Source: Mobula hypostoma (lineage: Eukaryota). Taken from it: a stretch of 64,000 nt of DNA. The position numbers and the translations under genes were made by a program. Below, one piece after another: positions 40,036-53,900 of this stretch (its first letter is position 1; every line of letters starts with the position of its first letter). Under the pieces are notes generated by a model. That model was not told where the DNA came from, did not search any database, and worked only from the letters and a program-made list of their open reading frames with translations. Location of the stretch: the NCBI RefSeq assembly GCF_963921235.1, contig NC_086097.1:194868001-194932000 (forward strand), in the 5' to 3' direction.

Positions 40036-40760
40036 AAGTGTTCATTTATTATCGAGGTATGTATCCATATACAACCCTGTGATTCATCTTCTTCAGATAG
40101 CCACAAAACAAAGAAAACATTCAGAGAAAAACATCAAACTCACCTACACCCCCCTGCACAAAAAAAAGCATCCCGATCATCAACCCTCAAACCCCCCGTA
40201 CAAAATGCAACAAGAATGTTGACCTCAAACCCTCCTCCCCCTGTACAGAATGCGACAAGAACATCAAACCCCAAACCCCTACCCCTTATACAACAGAATG
40301 GAAAAGGAATGGGTGAGAAATCCAGAATATAAAAACCATGAGTCTGAAAAAAGTCCACAGTCCATAAATGCAAAAATCCAATCCACAAACACAGAACCAT
40401 GGTAACATCCTCCAACATCGCCGACATCATTGAGAGAGAGAAACCACATGAGCGCAGAGGCCTACCCGCCTGCCACAGTGAGCACACAGTGACAGGCTGC
40501 CCATAGGTTCCTTCTCTGGCTGCGATCAAAAGGCAGGCAATTGGCACCAAGCTCTTGCTCACCATCTGTACTCACCTCGATGTCACAATCTTCTTCCATG
40601 CTTTAATCGGTGAAATGGAGTCGGACTTCAGCTCTTCACATCAAGGCCCTCCAAGATTCACTTTCCAGAATCTTCTCACAGGCAGCAAGGCACTAGATCA
40701 CTCAACTGATCTCCAAACTGTAAATCACAGGCTCTATCACACTTAAGGTGAAAAACAGAC
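40036..40760 (-). mobile_element. Unclassified retroposon-like insert splitting a Penelope pLTR (about 40005-40035 and 40760-40820)
   Basis: pLTR text gaggaactcagcaggcc resumes as aggcagcatctat. The insert has a LINE-like AATAAA tail and short internal repeats (40140-40300). Confidence 0.45.
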
Positions 40761-42244
40761 AGGCAGGCAGCATCTATACAAGTGAATAAACAGTCAATGT
40801 TTCAGGCCAAGATCTTCTTCGGAATAATTTTAAGGTGACTGGAGGAAAGTATAGGGGGGATGTCAGTGGTGAATGTATGGAAATGACCCACCAGTGGTGG
40901 TGGTAGGGGTAGAAACATTAGGGACATTGAAGAAACCCTTAGATAGGCACATGAATGATCGATAAAATGGAAAGCTATGTCAAAGGGAAGGGTTAGATTG
41001 ATCTTAGAGTAGCTTAAAAGAGTGGCACAACATCGTGGGCTGAAGGGCCTGTATTTTGCGGCAGTATTCAATGTAAGTCCATTGTAAAGACCTAATTAAC
41101 CTATGTGCAGATTTTGTGTACTGTAGGTCAGTGGAAGGAGTGTAAGAGTGAGAAGGTGGTTTCCTCTGCTGAATTTACTGATTGTGTTGTTTAACAGTTT
41201 TAGCATAACATCCCATGGCCTTTGAGTTCTTAAATATTTCTAGAAACAGAGTAGATTGAAACAGGAAAAGTTGAAAATTTATCACAGTCTACTTCGTATG
41301 CATACTTTATGTTATTACTAAAGCCACCGTAATTGTTAATCTTAGGGAAAATTAATGGCATGAACCAGGAAAAGTGTACTATATGCTCAAATGAGACAAG
41401 AAATTAAATTTTGTTTCTGACTCAAAGAAGATATCACAAAGAAAAGCTATTGAGTAAAATTCTCCTTAAGAATCTTCATTAAATAAATATTATCTATTCA
41501 TTTCTATTGAATTAAATTGTTCATAAAAATGAGGGGTTTTACTATTATTATACAATGATAATAATTTTGTTTTATAGGCTGTCTTATTGAGCTGATAGAA
41601 CATTGAACAATATGCCCTAAAGTAGGAACTATAATTCAGTAAAAGCATTATCCAAATTGTACAGCACTCTGGTCAGATCAAACTGTGAGTGCTATGTCCA
41701 TTGTGGTTGCTAAGAAACAAGGTAGACATTTGCTGCTGGGAAAGCAGAGAAAAAAGACAAGCATAATCCTAAGTGAAAGGAAGGAAAATCGATTTTTGAA
41801 GCTGAAAGGAGGGAAACTGAGAGGAAATATTAAACATTATATTAGGTAGTGAATGATATGAATAAAATATACTTGGAATACCATTTCTAATTGAAATCAA
41901 ATTTGTATTGCAGATATATGTTGCACTTTATTTGCTTATCCTGCAAACTCAGCACATAATATTGTACTAAGCAGGAAATAGATTCTGTCCTTGGAGTGAG
42001 ACTTGGCCCTGGAAATGAAAGTATGGTGTTATATGCAGGAATGGCTGATTAGATCAATTTGGGCAGGAAAATGCCTTCATAAAATGCTGTAGCATCAGTG
42101 ATTCTTGATTTTCAACATTGCTTTTTTCCGTTTAATTTCCTTATAATCGAATACTACTTTCTGTGTGGATACACCAAACAGATCAGTCCAATCCAACCCA
42201 GTAGTATGTGCCAATATTCAAACTCTTTAGTAATGTCCTAACAG

Positions 42245-44840
42245 AGTCTCTTAACATCTTTCCTATTTACCACATGATTATTTTCTCCGTGTACAGCTCT
42301 CCATAAAGTAGCTGGTTTTGGTATTTTGTCATCAGACATTCTTCTGACATGTCTTGCCCACCTGATCTGTGATTTTTTTCAGCAACGTGTATACATTGGT
42401 GAGGTTTGTTCTGGACAGATTCTGTGTAACCTGAACCTTGTCTTGCCACCTGATTTGAATATTCTGAGCAGACAGGATGTGGAAATCGTGTTGCTGTACA
42501 TTGCCCATGCCTTGCAAGCATAAAGTGGGTATATCAATAGCACAATTCATTTTCAGCTTTAGGTCTTTAGGTAGATTCACCTTTGTTCCCACACTTCTCA
42601 TATAGTCAAAAGCAGGGTTGACTTTCTCTACAACACACACAAAATGCTGGAGGAACTCAGCAGGCCAGGCAGCATCTATGGAAAAACCTTCTGACAGGAC
42701 TGGAGAAAAAAACCTGAGGAGTAGATTTAAAATGTGGGGGGAGGGGAGAAAGAACTACCAGGTGATAGGTGGCACCTGTAGGGAGAGGGATGAAGTAAAG
42801 AGCTAGGAAATTGATTGGTGAGATGAGGTGAGAGAGGGAAAAGGGGAGAGGAAATGGAGGGGGGGAGGGGTATTACTGGAAGTGTGAGAAATCGATGTTC
42901 ATGCCATCAGGTTGGAGGCTACCCAGACGGAATATAAGGTATTGTTCCTCCAACTACATGTGGCCTCATCACAACAGTGGAGGAGGCCATGGATGGACAT
43001 ATTGGAATGAGAATAGGAAGTGGAATTAAAATGGGTAGCTGCTGAGAAATCCCACTTTTGCTGGTGGACGGAGCATAGATGCTTGGTGAAACAATCTCTT
43101 AATCTACATCAGGTCTCACTAATGTACAGGAGGCCACACCGGGAGCACTGAACACAATAAATGATCCCAACAGACTCACGGGTGAAGTGTCATGTCACCT
43201 GGAAGGACTGTTTGAGCCCTGGATGGCAGTGAGGGAGGAGGTGTAGGGGCAGGTGTGACACTTGTTCCACTTGCAATGGAAGTACCTGGAGGGAGATCAG
43301 TGGGGAGGGACGAATGGACAAGGAAGTCGTGTAGGGAGCAATCCCTGCAGAAAGCAGAAAGTGGGGGGGGTGGGGTGTGGAAAAGATGTGCTTAGTGGTG
43401 GGATCCGGTTGAAGGTGGCAGAAATTTCAGAGAATTATCTGCTGGACACGGAGACTGGTGGTAAGTGAGGACAAAAGGAACACTATCCCTGGTAGCGTGA
43501 CAGGTGGATGGTGTGAGAGCAGACATTCGTGAAATGGAAGAGATGTGGTTGAGGGCAGTGTTGATGATGGTCAAAGGAAAGCCCCTCTTTTTGAAAAAGG
43601 AGGACACCTCCTTTGTTCTAGAATGAAAAATCACATCCTGAGAGCAGATGTAGGGGATATTGAGGAACTGAGAAAAGGGAATGGCATTTTTACAAGTTAT
43701 AGGGTGGGGTGAGGTGTAGTCTAGGTAGCTGTAAGAGTCCGTGGGTTTGCGATAGACATCGGTGGATAAGCAGTCTCTGGAGATAGAAACAGTGAGACCG
43801 AGAAAAGGAAGGGAAGTGTCGAAAGTGGACCAGGTGAATTTGAGTGCAGGGTGGAAGCTGGAGGCAAAGTGGGTGAAGTTTATGAGTTCAGCGCAGGTGA
43901 AGGAAGCAGCACCAATGCAGTTGTTGATGTAGCATAGGAAAAGTGTGGGATAGTCACCATTGTAGGTTTGGAACATAGACTATTCTATGTAGCCGACAAG
44001 TAGGCAGGCATAGCTGGGACCTATGCAAGTGCCCATGGCTACCCCTTTTGTTTGAAGGAAGTGGGAGGAGCCGAAGAAGAAATTATTGAGAGTCAGAACA
44101 AGTTCTGCTAGGTAGATGAGAGTGGTGATGGAGGGGAATTGGTTAGGTCTGGTGTCCAGAAGGAAAAGGAGAGTTTTGAGGCCTTCCTGGTGGGGAATGA
44201 AGGTGTATGGGGACTGGACATCCTTACTAAAAATGAGATGATGGGGGCTAGGGAACTTGAAATCCTTGAAAAATCAAGAGCATGTGATGTGTCACAGAAG
44301 TAGGTAGGAAGGGACTGAATTAGGGGAGATGAAACAGTGTTGAGGTGTGCTGATACGAGTTCAGTGGGGCAGGAACAAGCTGAAACAATGGGTCTACCTG
44401 GACAAGTGGATTTGTGGATCTTGACTAGGAGGTAGAAATGGGAGGTGTGGGGTGAGGAAACTATGAGGTTGGTGGCAGTGGATGGGAGGTCCCAGGGTCA
44501 ATAAGGTTGGTAACGGTGTTGGAGACAATGGGCTGGTTTGAGCCCTGCTGAAGGGTTTTGGCTCAAAATGTCGACTGTACTTTTTTCCATTGATGCTGCC
44601 TGGACTGCTGAGTTCCTCCAGCATTTCGTTGAATTTCCAGCATCTGCAGATTTTCTTGTGTTTGTGGGCTGGCTTTCTCTATCTATTTATTGATTTTGTC
44701 ATCAGTGTTTATTGAGTTTGAGCGGGTACTGCCATAGCGTAGCAATTTCTGAACATTCAGAGAAGTCTTTGGGTCTGTGTTTATGGTGTTTGGTGTAGAC
44801 TGGCACATCATTTCTATTTTCTTCATGCCGATTGTCAGGT
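42245..44840 (-). mobile_element. Old RTE-clade RT fragment split by a Penelope
   Basis: LTIGMKKIEMM..IEKASP on one side and AFD..NQLLYGEL on the other; 16-bp TSD at 42615-42630 and 44666-44681 (14/16). Confidence 0.6.
42631..44665 (-). mobile_element. Penelope-like element with RT, GIY-YIG and inverted pLTRs
   Basis: YINNCIG..FHPALKFTWS..TDVYRKPTDSYSYLDYTS..AIPFSQF; pLTR on minus at 42631-42700 and on plus at 44540-44665. Confidence 0.9.
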
Positions 44841-46460
44841 TCAAGTTCAAGTGTCAAGTTTAAATTTAATTGTTATTCATCCATATACATGAATACAGCC
44901 AAATGAAACAGCGTTCCTACGGGGACAAGGTGCAAAGCACAGTACATACAGTCACACACAGCACATAGCACGTATAGTTACACTAGCAGAAAAAGATAGT
45001 CACAAAAAATAATAAAGCCCAATTCCATGATTGGCATGGCCTACAGATTGCTGGTGTGTGGGATGCTCTCCTGAAGCCATGTTTCTGCAAGAACAAGCAC
45101 GCAGCGGTTCTTTGTCATGCGCTAGTGTAGCTGCAGGTGAATGCAATCGAGCTTGTCTTCCACTGAGAGAACACTAGAGGGCAGCACTGATGGGAAGAGC
45201 CTGCCCCCAACCTGGCATGGATTTCTATTCACCCACAGAGGCCTCTGCTCTCTCGCACACCACCTCTGGGGTCTCCACCCCTGGGTGGCTGGACCAGATG
45301 ACACCTCAGCCTGAAGACCTGGTCTGTCTCATAACCACGGCAACACAGCTCCAAGTTCAAAGTTCAAAGTAAATTTGTTATCAAAGTACATGTATGTCCC
45401 CAAATACAAACCCAAGATTCATTTTCTTGCGGGCATACTTAATAACTCTATCGAATAATAACCATAATAGAATCAATGAAAGACTGCACCAGCTTGAGTG
45501 TTTAATCAGTGTGCAAAAGACAACAAACTGTGCAAATACGAAAAGAAAGAAGTAATAATTGTAATAATAATAAAAATAAATAAGCAATAAATATTCAGAA
45601 TATGAAATATTGAAGAGACATTGAAAGTGAGTCCATAGGTTGTTGGAACATTTCAATGATGGGGCAAGTTTAAGATAAATGAAATTATCCCCTTTGGTTC
45701 AAGAGCCTGATGGTTGAGGGTAATAACTGTTTCTGAACCTGGTGGTGTGAGTTATGAGGCTCTTGTACCTTCTTCCTGATGGCAGCAGCAAGAAGAGAGC
45801 ATGGCCTGGGTGGTGGGAGACTCTGATGATGGATGCTGCTTTCCTGCAACAGCATTTCATGTAATGTGCTCAATGGTGGGGAGGGCTTTACCCGTGATAG
45901 GCTGGGCCATATCCATTACTTCTTGTAGGATTTTCCATTTAAGGGCATTGTTGTTTATCAGGCCATGATGCAACCAATCAACATACTCTTCTCTACACAT
46001 CTATAGAAGTTTGTCAAAGTTTTAGATGTCATGCTGAATCTTCACAAACTCCTAAGGAAGTAGAGGCGCTGCTGTGTTTTCGTCACAATCGCACTTACGT
46101 GCTGGGCCCAGGACATGTCCTCCAAAATAGTAACACTGAAGAATTTAAAGTTGCTGACCCTCTGATGAGAACTTGACCATGGACCCTTGGTTCCCTTCTC
46201 TTGAAGTCAATAATCAGCATTTGGTCTTGCTGACATTGAGTGAGAGGTTGTTGTTATTGCACAACTCAGACAGACTTTCAATCTCCCTCCCATATGTTGA
46301 TTCATCACCACCTTTGATATAACAGTGGAGCTGTCAGCAAACTTGAATATATCATTAGAGTGTGCTTATCCATGCCGCCATAGGTGTAAAGCAAGTAGAT
46401 CAGGGGTCTTGTGCTGCACCTGTGCTGATGGAGATTGTGGAGGAAATGTTGTTGCCAATC
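44840..46460 (-). mobile_element. Two Rex1-type insertions (44840-45350 internally deleted; 45351-46460 RT 3' part)
   Basis: GTTCAA(A)G tails, APE-start peptide FPSVLPSSVLSVEDKLDCI, and RT nucleotide motifs including KFAD. Confidence 0.6.
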
Positions 46461-46865
46461 GAAGTGTCACAGGAACTGGAAATTTTGTACAGCCTTCCTT
46501 GTATATCAGCTTCTGAGCTTGCTTTGAATGCACAGTCATCAGCAAAAGTGGAATTCCCAGACAGTGGGTTCTCATACTTTGGTTTTGGCTGAGAGTGCCT
46601 TTAGGTTAAAAAGAGCACTGTCAGTGCTAAGACTAATGTTGATTCTATATCTATCAGGGGACGAATCAACAGCATTGCAATGAACACTGTAGGACAAGCA
46701 CACTCCCCTCTTTCACACCATTGATAGCTGGGACTGGGTCCAATGACTCTACAGGTGATGGTCAGAGTGAGAGCTGCCTACACAGTGTGCCAAGTAATTT
46801 TACCTGCTGGCAGATAATGCAGGAAAATGAACCAGGAATTGACCAGGGCAGGAAAGACAAATTGT

Positions 46866-47006
46866 TTTCATAAACCGAGAGAGTCTGCAGATGCTGTAAA
46901 TCCAGAGCAACACTCACAAAGTGCTGGAGGAACTCAGCGGGTCAGGCAGCATCTATGGAAATGAATAAGCAGTTGATGTTTCCGGCCAGTCCCTTCTTCA
47001 GGACTG
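46866..47006 (-). mobile_element. Solo Penelope pLTR with hammerhead-like core
   Basis: cagtcCTGAAGAagggactggccgGAAAcatcaactg...gatgctgcctgacccgctgagttcctccagc. Confidence 0.75.
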
Positions 47007-49689
47007 TTTTCAGACTGAAGCAGTTTGTCCACCCTTAGAGAAAAACAAGTTTGATTTGTCAATGCCACATCATTTTAGATAGTGGGAAAGCTGTTCCCAA
47101 AAGAGTCCTCACAGGTGCTTTAAGCCTGATGCATGATTGTCTGCTCTGGGTAGAGCATGCACACAGTTTAAACCTACACAGATCTGTTCCTAGAGGAACA
47201 TTCTTTACATTTCTTGGCTGATATTGATCAGGCAACTTTGCTTTCTGCCAAAATATAAGACAGTGAAAATGCTTTGAAAGTTGTTCAGAACCCCTAATCA
47301 AGCTGACATTTAAATATCTGACCTTCTCACACATCATCTCAACCTAATCTTTCTTTCATCATGGCAAGCTGGAATAGAATAAAAACAGCATCGCAGGGTC
47401 TGAAGGAGTTTAGCAGACACAGGGTGATTGCCACAGAGCCTATGATCCAGGTGCTGGAGGTGAGTCCCTTTGAAATTCAACAAGCCAAAATATTATTCAG
47501 GCAGCTCAATAAAAGTATGGAAGTTGATTTCAGTCAAAGCGCCTCCATTACCATTTCTGTTATAGAAAATGACAATAAACAGTAATTTGTTTTACATGAA
47601 TTGAATCAGTTGCAATAACCTTTGAAAGGCAGGCTTATCAAATCATTGCTACTTAAAATTTCAAGATGGGAAATGGAGGAATGGAAACAACGGAAACAAT
47701 GGAAGCATTTATTAATGCTTTCAATCAAGCTAACCTTCTGTTTCCAAGGGATGTCAGTGCCTTCCAGTTGGCTGTCTGTGAAGTGTGTGAGAATTGCGGA
47801 TATCAAAATACTAGTTCTGTTTTACTCAGAGCTGTTATTTAAATGCTATCATTGTTCTATTCTGTACACTATCTGTTGAACGTAAAGGCTTTGAAATAAA
47901 TCATTTGAAAACCATTGAAAAAGGTAAAGTCTAATATTAAAATGTACCTTTAAAATATATATACTCAGTGGAGGTTAGAAAAAAACAAGGTTAGTGAAAC
48001 AATTTCAAATCTTAAGAACCTTAAACATACAAAACACTTTTGCAAAGTTGCAATGTTCCACTTAATTCGGTATGAAGGAAAGAAGTATCGGTTCATATTA
48101 AGCTTGAAATAAAATGGTGAATTGATAAATTAGCAGGCAAGTGAACTTACCTCTAATTTTTCAACTTGGAATTATTTTTTAAAATACTTAGAATTTCTCC
48201 TGGGTATGAGGATAAACTACTTCCGGCTGTGGAGCATTTGCTTTGGGTAATGAGGTTACCATTAACCACAGCTACCTCCAGGTCACCCTTAGGCAAGGTG
48301 TAGCACCCGTTAGCCTCCTTACTTGGGTTACAGTGAAGCCACAGCATCTAGGTGGTGGATGAAGCAGAAGGCAAGTTGTGAATAACACAACTGATGGTTC
48401 CTGCTTCTCAGACGCTGAGCAGTAGATCCTTTTAATAGGACAATGTTCAGGGTTGCCCATCTTGTAAAGACACTGCATCGGAAGCAAGCAAGGGGAAGCT
48501 ACTTCTTGTATTTTATCCCAAGTACAACCATGGTTAATACATACACAAATGTAAAAGACAACAGCGTAAATGGCAGCCCACTTCCAAATAGTGCGGACAC
48601 CTTGCTCGGTACGGGATATCATGTAAACAGACAGGTGAGCCCAGATCGTCATAGCACTACTGTCTGCAAGAACAAGAGACTGCGAATTGCCACTTGGAAT
48701 GTTCCAACCCTGCACCAAGCTGGTAAGCAAAAAAATGTAAAATTAGAAATGAAGAGGCTAGAAGTCAGCATCCTAGGCCTAAGTGAAATAAGATGGAAAA
48801 GCACTGGAATATTCTAATCAGATGACTACAAGATGATATACTCTGGTGGAGGTAAAAATGAAAAGGGTGTTGCAATTATCTTAGACAAAGAAACATCCAA
48901 GAGCCTGCTAGCATACTGGCATATCTCAGACAGAATGATGCTAATCAAACTAAAAGGACAACAAAACAACATCTCTATCATCCAGGTATATGCACCCACA
49001 AGGGCAAGCTCAGAGGAAGAAATTGATGCCTTCTACCACTCCCTAGACAAAGCACTAGAAGAATGCAAATCACAAGAAGCCATCATAGTCACGGGCGAGT
49101 TCAATGCAGAAGTTGATGAGGGAAGAGAAGACCATATTGTTGGAGACCAGGGATTGGGAGAAAGAAATGAAAGAAGAGAAAAGCTTATGTAAAACAAACA
49201 ATCAGATAATCACCAACATTTGGTTTAAACAACATCCAAGAAAAAAATGGACATGGAGAAGCTCAAATGGGAAGAACAAAAAACAGATCGACTACATAAC
49301 AATCAGTAACAGATTCAAAAACTCGATTACTCAATCTAAAAGCTACCCTGGAGCAGACTGCGGAAACGACCACATACCAGTTCTTTGCAAAATGAAAATA
49401 AAGATGAGAAAATTAAAGAAATCAAAAAGATCAGAACCAGTGGATTATCAACAACTACAAAACAACCCTCATCTGAAAACAGAATACACAATCAAGGTGA
49501 AAAAACCGTTTTCAATTGCTGCAGGATGAAGGAGGCAAATCTTCCTGGGACATAATGAAGGAATTCATGGTTGTAGCTGCAAAAGAAACCATCCCACGAA
49601 AAGAATGGAAAAGTAAGAAGAAATGGATAACTGAGATATAATACAATTGATGCAACAAAAACAGACCATCAAACTAAGAAACAGCGAAG

Positions 49690-49919
49690 TGTGGTAAACC
49701 ATACATATATGTCGTAACTGGGTTAACTGGACATGCCCCTCTGCTGACTGCCTCTGTGGCTCCTCCCACAGACCCCTGAATAAAGGTGATTTCGCCCTGC
49801 TCCTCCTCCTCAGTCCAGGGGCAGACACGCAGCGTGCTGGAAGTCACATTTTACTGCGAATAAAAGCCTTTTAGTATTTACCCTACTTCCAGACTTTTGG
49901 AGTAATTGAAGGTGCATCA
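49690..49919 (+). repeat. 5' LTR
   Basis: Aligns with 53901-54134 with about 18 substitutions and one 4-bp indel, counted by eye. Confidence 0.95.
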
Positions 49920-49944
49920 ATTTTATTCACAGTAATTTTAAAGC

Positions 49945-52900
49945 ATGGAACGCTCACTGAGACCCGACAAGTTAGACCATGACCCGCAAAACACCTGAAG
50001 CTGGAAACGCTTTCGAACTCTGGCTGACTTGCTTCGAATTGTACTTAGAGGAGATTAAAACGACCGACCCCCTAGCGAAGCGCAGAGTTCTACCCTCCAG
50101 GGTCAGTCCACGGGTCTACTCGATGATCAGAGACCAGCTGAGATACGACAGCGCGATGAGCGCACTCAAAGGACAATACCTGTAGCCGGTAAACACCTTC
50201 TATGCATGGGAACAATTAGCGACATGGCACCAGTGGCTTGGGGAATCGAGTGCCGAGTTTTTCCGGGCACTACAGACGCTTGTGCGGACCTGCGGCTGCC
50301 AAGAACTGAGGACAGCATGCAGGACAGCATGCAGAGCTCTTCGTGAGAGACGCCTTCGTCACGGGGACCAGGTCAGTGTATGTGCGCCAGCGGCTGTTGG
50401 AAAAAGCTGATGTTACCTTAAGTTCAGCGTTCGAGCTGGCCGACACGCTGGAGGCTGTTCTGCACAACTCTGAGGCTCTCCAGGCACGCGATCCCTCGAT
50501 GGCCTTGTGGGTGCCGCAGACCCCGCAACCCGCCGGCAAATCGACCTTGGCTGCCGCCAGTCGTGAGTCCACGAAGTGCTACTTCTGCGAACTTGAGAAG
50601 TACCCCCGGAAACGCTGCCCAGCCCGAGAAGCTACCTGCTCCAGCTGCGGAAAGAAGGGCCACTTCGCCAAAGCCTGTAAGTCCAAACCGCGAGCGGGGT
50701 CGAACAGCGCCGTGTACGAGACATGGGGGGTTCGCCATCTTGCCTGCCACCATCTTCCCTGCACGCCGCCACCACATGCGAGACATGGGGGTCGCCATCT
50801 TGCCTGCTGCCATCTTCCCTGCACGCTGCCTCCACATGCGAGACATGGGGGTCGCCATCTTCCCTGCACGCCGCCACCATGTGCAAAACATGGGAGCAGC
50901 CACCTTGGTCGGCGCCCCCTCCCACCGCCTATGACCAATGGGTGCTCACGGGGCACCCCACCACGCCAGACCAAGACAGCGACTCAACCCTGGCTTCCGT
51001 GACCCTCGACCAAAGCGCTCCCCACCAGCTCGCAAGGTCAATGATGGACATCCTGGTGGAGGGGCACAGGACAAGCTGCCTGTTTGACACAGGCAACACG
51101 GAGAGTTTTATCCATCCGGCCACGGTGCAGCATTGTGGACTCATGATACGGCCGGTAAGTCAGAGGGTCACCATGGCTTCCGGGTCGCATACAACAGATA
51201 TTCGAGGGGGTTGTGTAGTGACGCTAGTGGTGCAGGGCACAGAATATCGGGACTTTACGTGACTGGTCACGCCTCAACTCTGTGCCCCTGTGCTATTGGG
51301 GCTCGAATTCCAGAGCCACCTGAAAAGCGTGACAGTGGAGTATGACGGGCCCTTCCCACCAATCACCATCGTAAATCCCCAGTTTTGTAGGGATACGTCA
51401 CATGCCCCGCCACTGACCACCCACACACACCGACCCGCGCATCCCACCCAACATCATGCCAACTGCCACACTACCGATGCCACTTGCGGCCTCTCCACCC
51501 TCAGGATCCCTCCCCCACCGCTGTTCGCCAACCTGACCCCCGACTGTAAACCTGTGGCAACTAAAAGCAGGAGGTACAGCGCGGGGGACAGAGCTTTCAT
51601 TAAGTCGGAGGTGCAGCGGCTGCTCAGGGAGGGGGTCATTGAGGCAAGCACAAGTTCTTGGGGGGCGCAGGTGGTGGTTGTTCGGAACGGGGAGAAGAAT
51701 AGGATGGTCATGGACTATAGCCAGACCATCAATAGGTTCACACAGCTCGACACGTACCCTCTATCCCGCATCACGGATATGGTCAATCAGATAGCACAAT
51801 ACAAGGTGTACTCGACCATAGACCTAAAATCCGCTTACCATCAGCTCCCCATCCGCTGGGAGGACCACCCTTACCCCGCCTTCGAGGCGGACGGCAGGCT
51901 TTATCACTTCCTGCGCGTCCCTTTCGGTGTCACGAATGGTGTACCTGTCTTCCAGAGGGCAATGGACCGGATGGTGGACCAGTGCCAACTGAAGGCCACG
52001 TTCCCATATCTGGATAACATCATCATCTGCGGTCACGACCAGCAAGATCACAACAACAACCTCCAAAAATTTCTCCAAGTGGCCAAAGCTTTTAATCTCA
52101 CCTATAACAAGGATAAGTGTGCGTTTGGGACCACCTGACTTGCTATCCTTGGGTGTGTCGTGGAGAATGGAGTCATTGGCTCTGACCCCAACCGTATGCG
52201 CCCCCTGTTGGAACTCCCTCTTCCCAACACCTTCAGAGCCCTCAAAAGGTGCCTGGGCTTCTTTTCATATTACGCCCAATGGGCCTCTAACTACGCAGAC
52301 AAGCGCCTCCACCCCCCCCACCCCGGTCAAGTCCACCACATTCCCCCCCTCAGCTGAGGCCTGCGTGGCCTTCAGCCGCATAAAAGGGGACATTGCCAAA
52401 GCAGCGATGGATGCCGTGGATGAGGCCATTCCCTTCCAAGTAGAGAGTGACGCCTCGGACTTTGCACTGGCTGCTACCCTCAAGGGTTCTTCTCCTGTAC
52501 CCTTCATGGCCTTGAAATTCGGCACTCCGCTGTGGAGAAAGAGGCCCAGGCCATAGTGGCCTATTAGGCACTGGAGGCACTAACTCGCCAGCAAAAACTT
52601 CACCCTGCTAACTGACCAGCGCTCAGTCGCATTCATGTTTAGTAACCGATAGCGGGGCAAAATCAAAAATGATAAAATTCTGAGGTGGAGAATCAAACTT
52701 TCCACCTTCAAATATGACATCATGTACAGGCCTGGGAAGCTCAACGATCCCTCTGATGCTCTATCCTGGGGAATGTGCGCCAGCGCGCAGATCAACCGGC
52801 TATACGCCCTACATGTAGATCTTTGCCACCCGGGGGTCACCCGGCTTTTCCACTTCGTGAAAGCCCGGAACCTGCCTTTCTCCCTTGAGGAGATCAGGAT

Positions 52901-53830
52901 GATGACCAGGGACTGCCAAGTCTGCGCAGAGTGCAAACCGCACTCCTACCGACCCGGAAAGGCACAACTCATCAAGGCCACCCATCCCTTTGAGCAACTG
53001 AGTGTTGACTTTAAGGGCCCCCTTCCCTCCACTGACCTCAATGTGTACTTTCTTAACGTTATCAACGAGTACTCGCGGTTCTCCTTCACCATCCCCTGCC
53101 CCGACACCACTATCACATCAGTTATAAAAGCCCTGCGCAAGCTCTTCATTCTGTTCGGATCCCCATGCTAAATCCACAGTGACAGAGGGTCCTCATTTAT
53201 GAGTGACGAGCTGCGCCAATACCTACTGGCGAGGGAAATTGCAACTAGTAGGACCATGAGCTATAATCCCTGGGGGAATGGATAGGTGGAGAAGGAGAAT
53301 GCCATGGTGTGGAAAGCCACACTCTTAGCCCTCAGATCAAAGGGACTGCCGGTCTCCCGCTGGCAGGAGGTCCTTCCCGAGGCACTCCACTCCACCCGCT
53401 CCCTGTTACGCACGTCCACCAATGCCACCCCTCATGAACGACTCTTTTCTTTTCCCAGAAAGTCGACCACTGGGACCATCCTACCAACTTGGCTGACATC
53501 CCTGGGGCCAGTGCTGCTCCAGAAATATGTGAGGAGCAATAAATACTCCCAGATGGTCAAGAGGGTTCACTTACTTCATGTGAACACCCAGTATGCCTAC
53601 GTGGTTTTACCTGATGGACGGGAGGACACAGTCTCCATCCGTGACCTGGCACCCGCAGGAGAACCGGGCCCCTACCCTGAACACTCCATGGTGACTATTA
53701 ACCCCGTATCCACCAATATATATATATATTGTCAGGCCGGAGCCAGCACAACCACCATCGCCGATGCAATCACCACCAGTGCTACGTAGATCACAGCGAC
53801 AGACTTGACCGCCTGATAGACTTGACCTGT
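49945..53830 (+). pseudogene. Gypsy gag-pol, multiply disrupted
   Basis: MERSLRPDKL start; knuckle CSSCGKKGHFAKAC; PR LFDTG; RT PFGVTNG..YLDN; RH VESDASDFAL; IN H..LCHPG..CQVC and VDFKGP. Confidence 0.9.
50718..50908 (+). repeat. About 60-bp GC-rich minisatellite (about 3.4 units) at the gag/protease junction
   Basis: Units cgagacatggggg..cgccatcttgcctgc..ccatcttccctgcacgc start at 50718, 50779 and 50839, with a partial at 50884. Confidence 0.9.
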
Positions 53831-53900
53831 AAATATACTTGTTTTAAGTATTGTCAGTCACTTCACCCTATGGGACTCTTTTTAAAAAAGGAGGGGTGAA

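Noticed and set aside
48144..48189. Strong minus-strand donor AG|gtaagt in the duplicated unit
   Set aside because: All three upstream frames contain stops and the second copy lacks the donor.
50718..50908. CRISPR-like array
   Set aside because: Contiguous tandem units without unique spacers, inside a eukaryotic retrotransposon.
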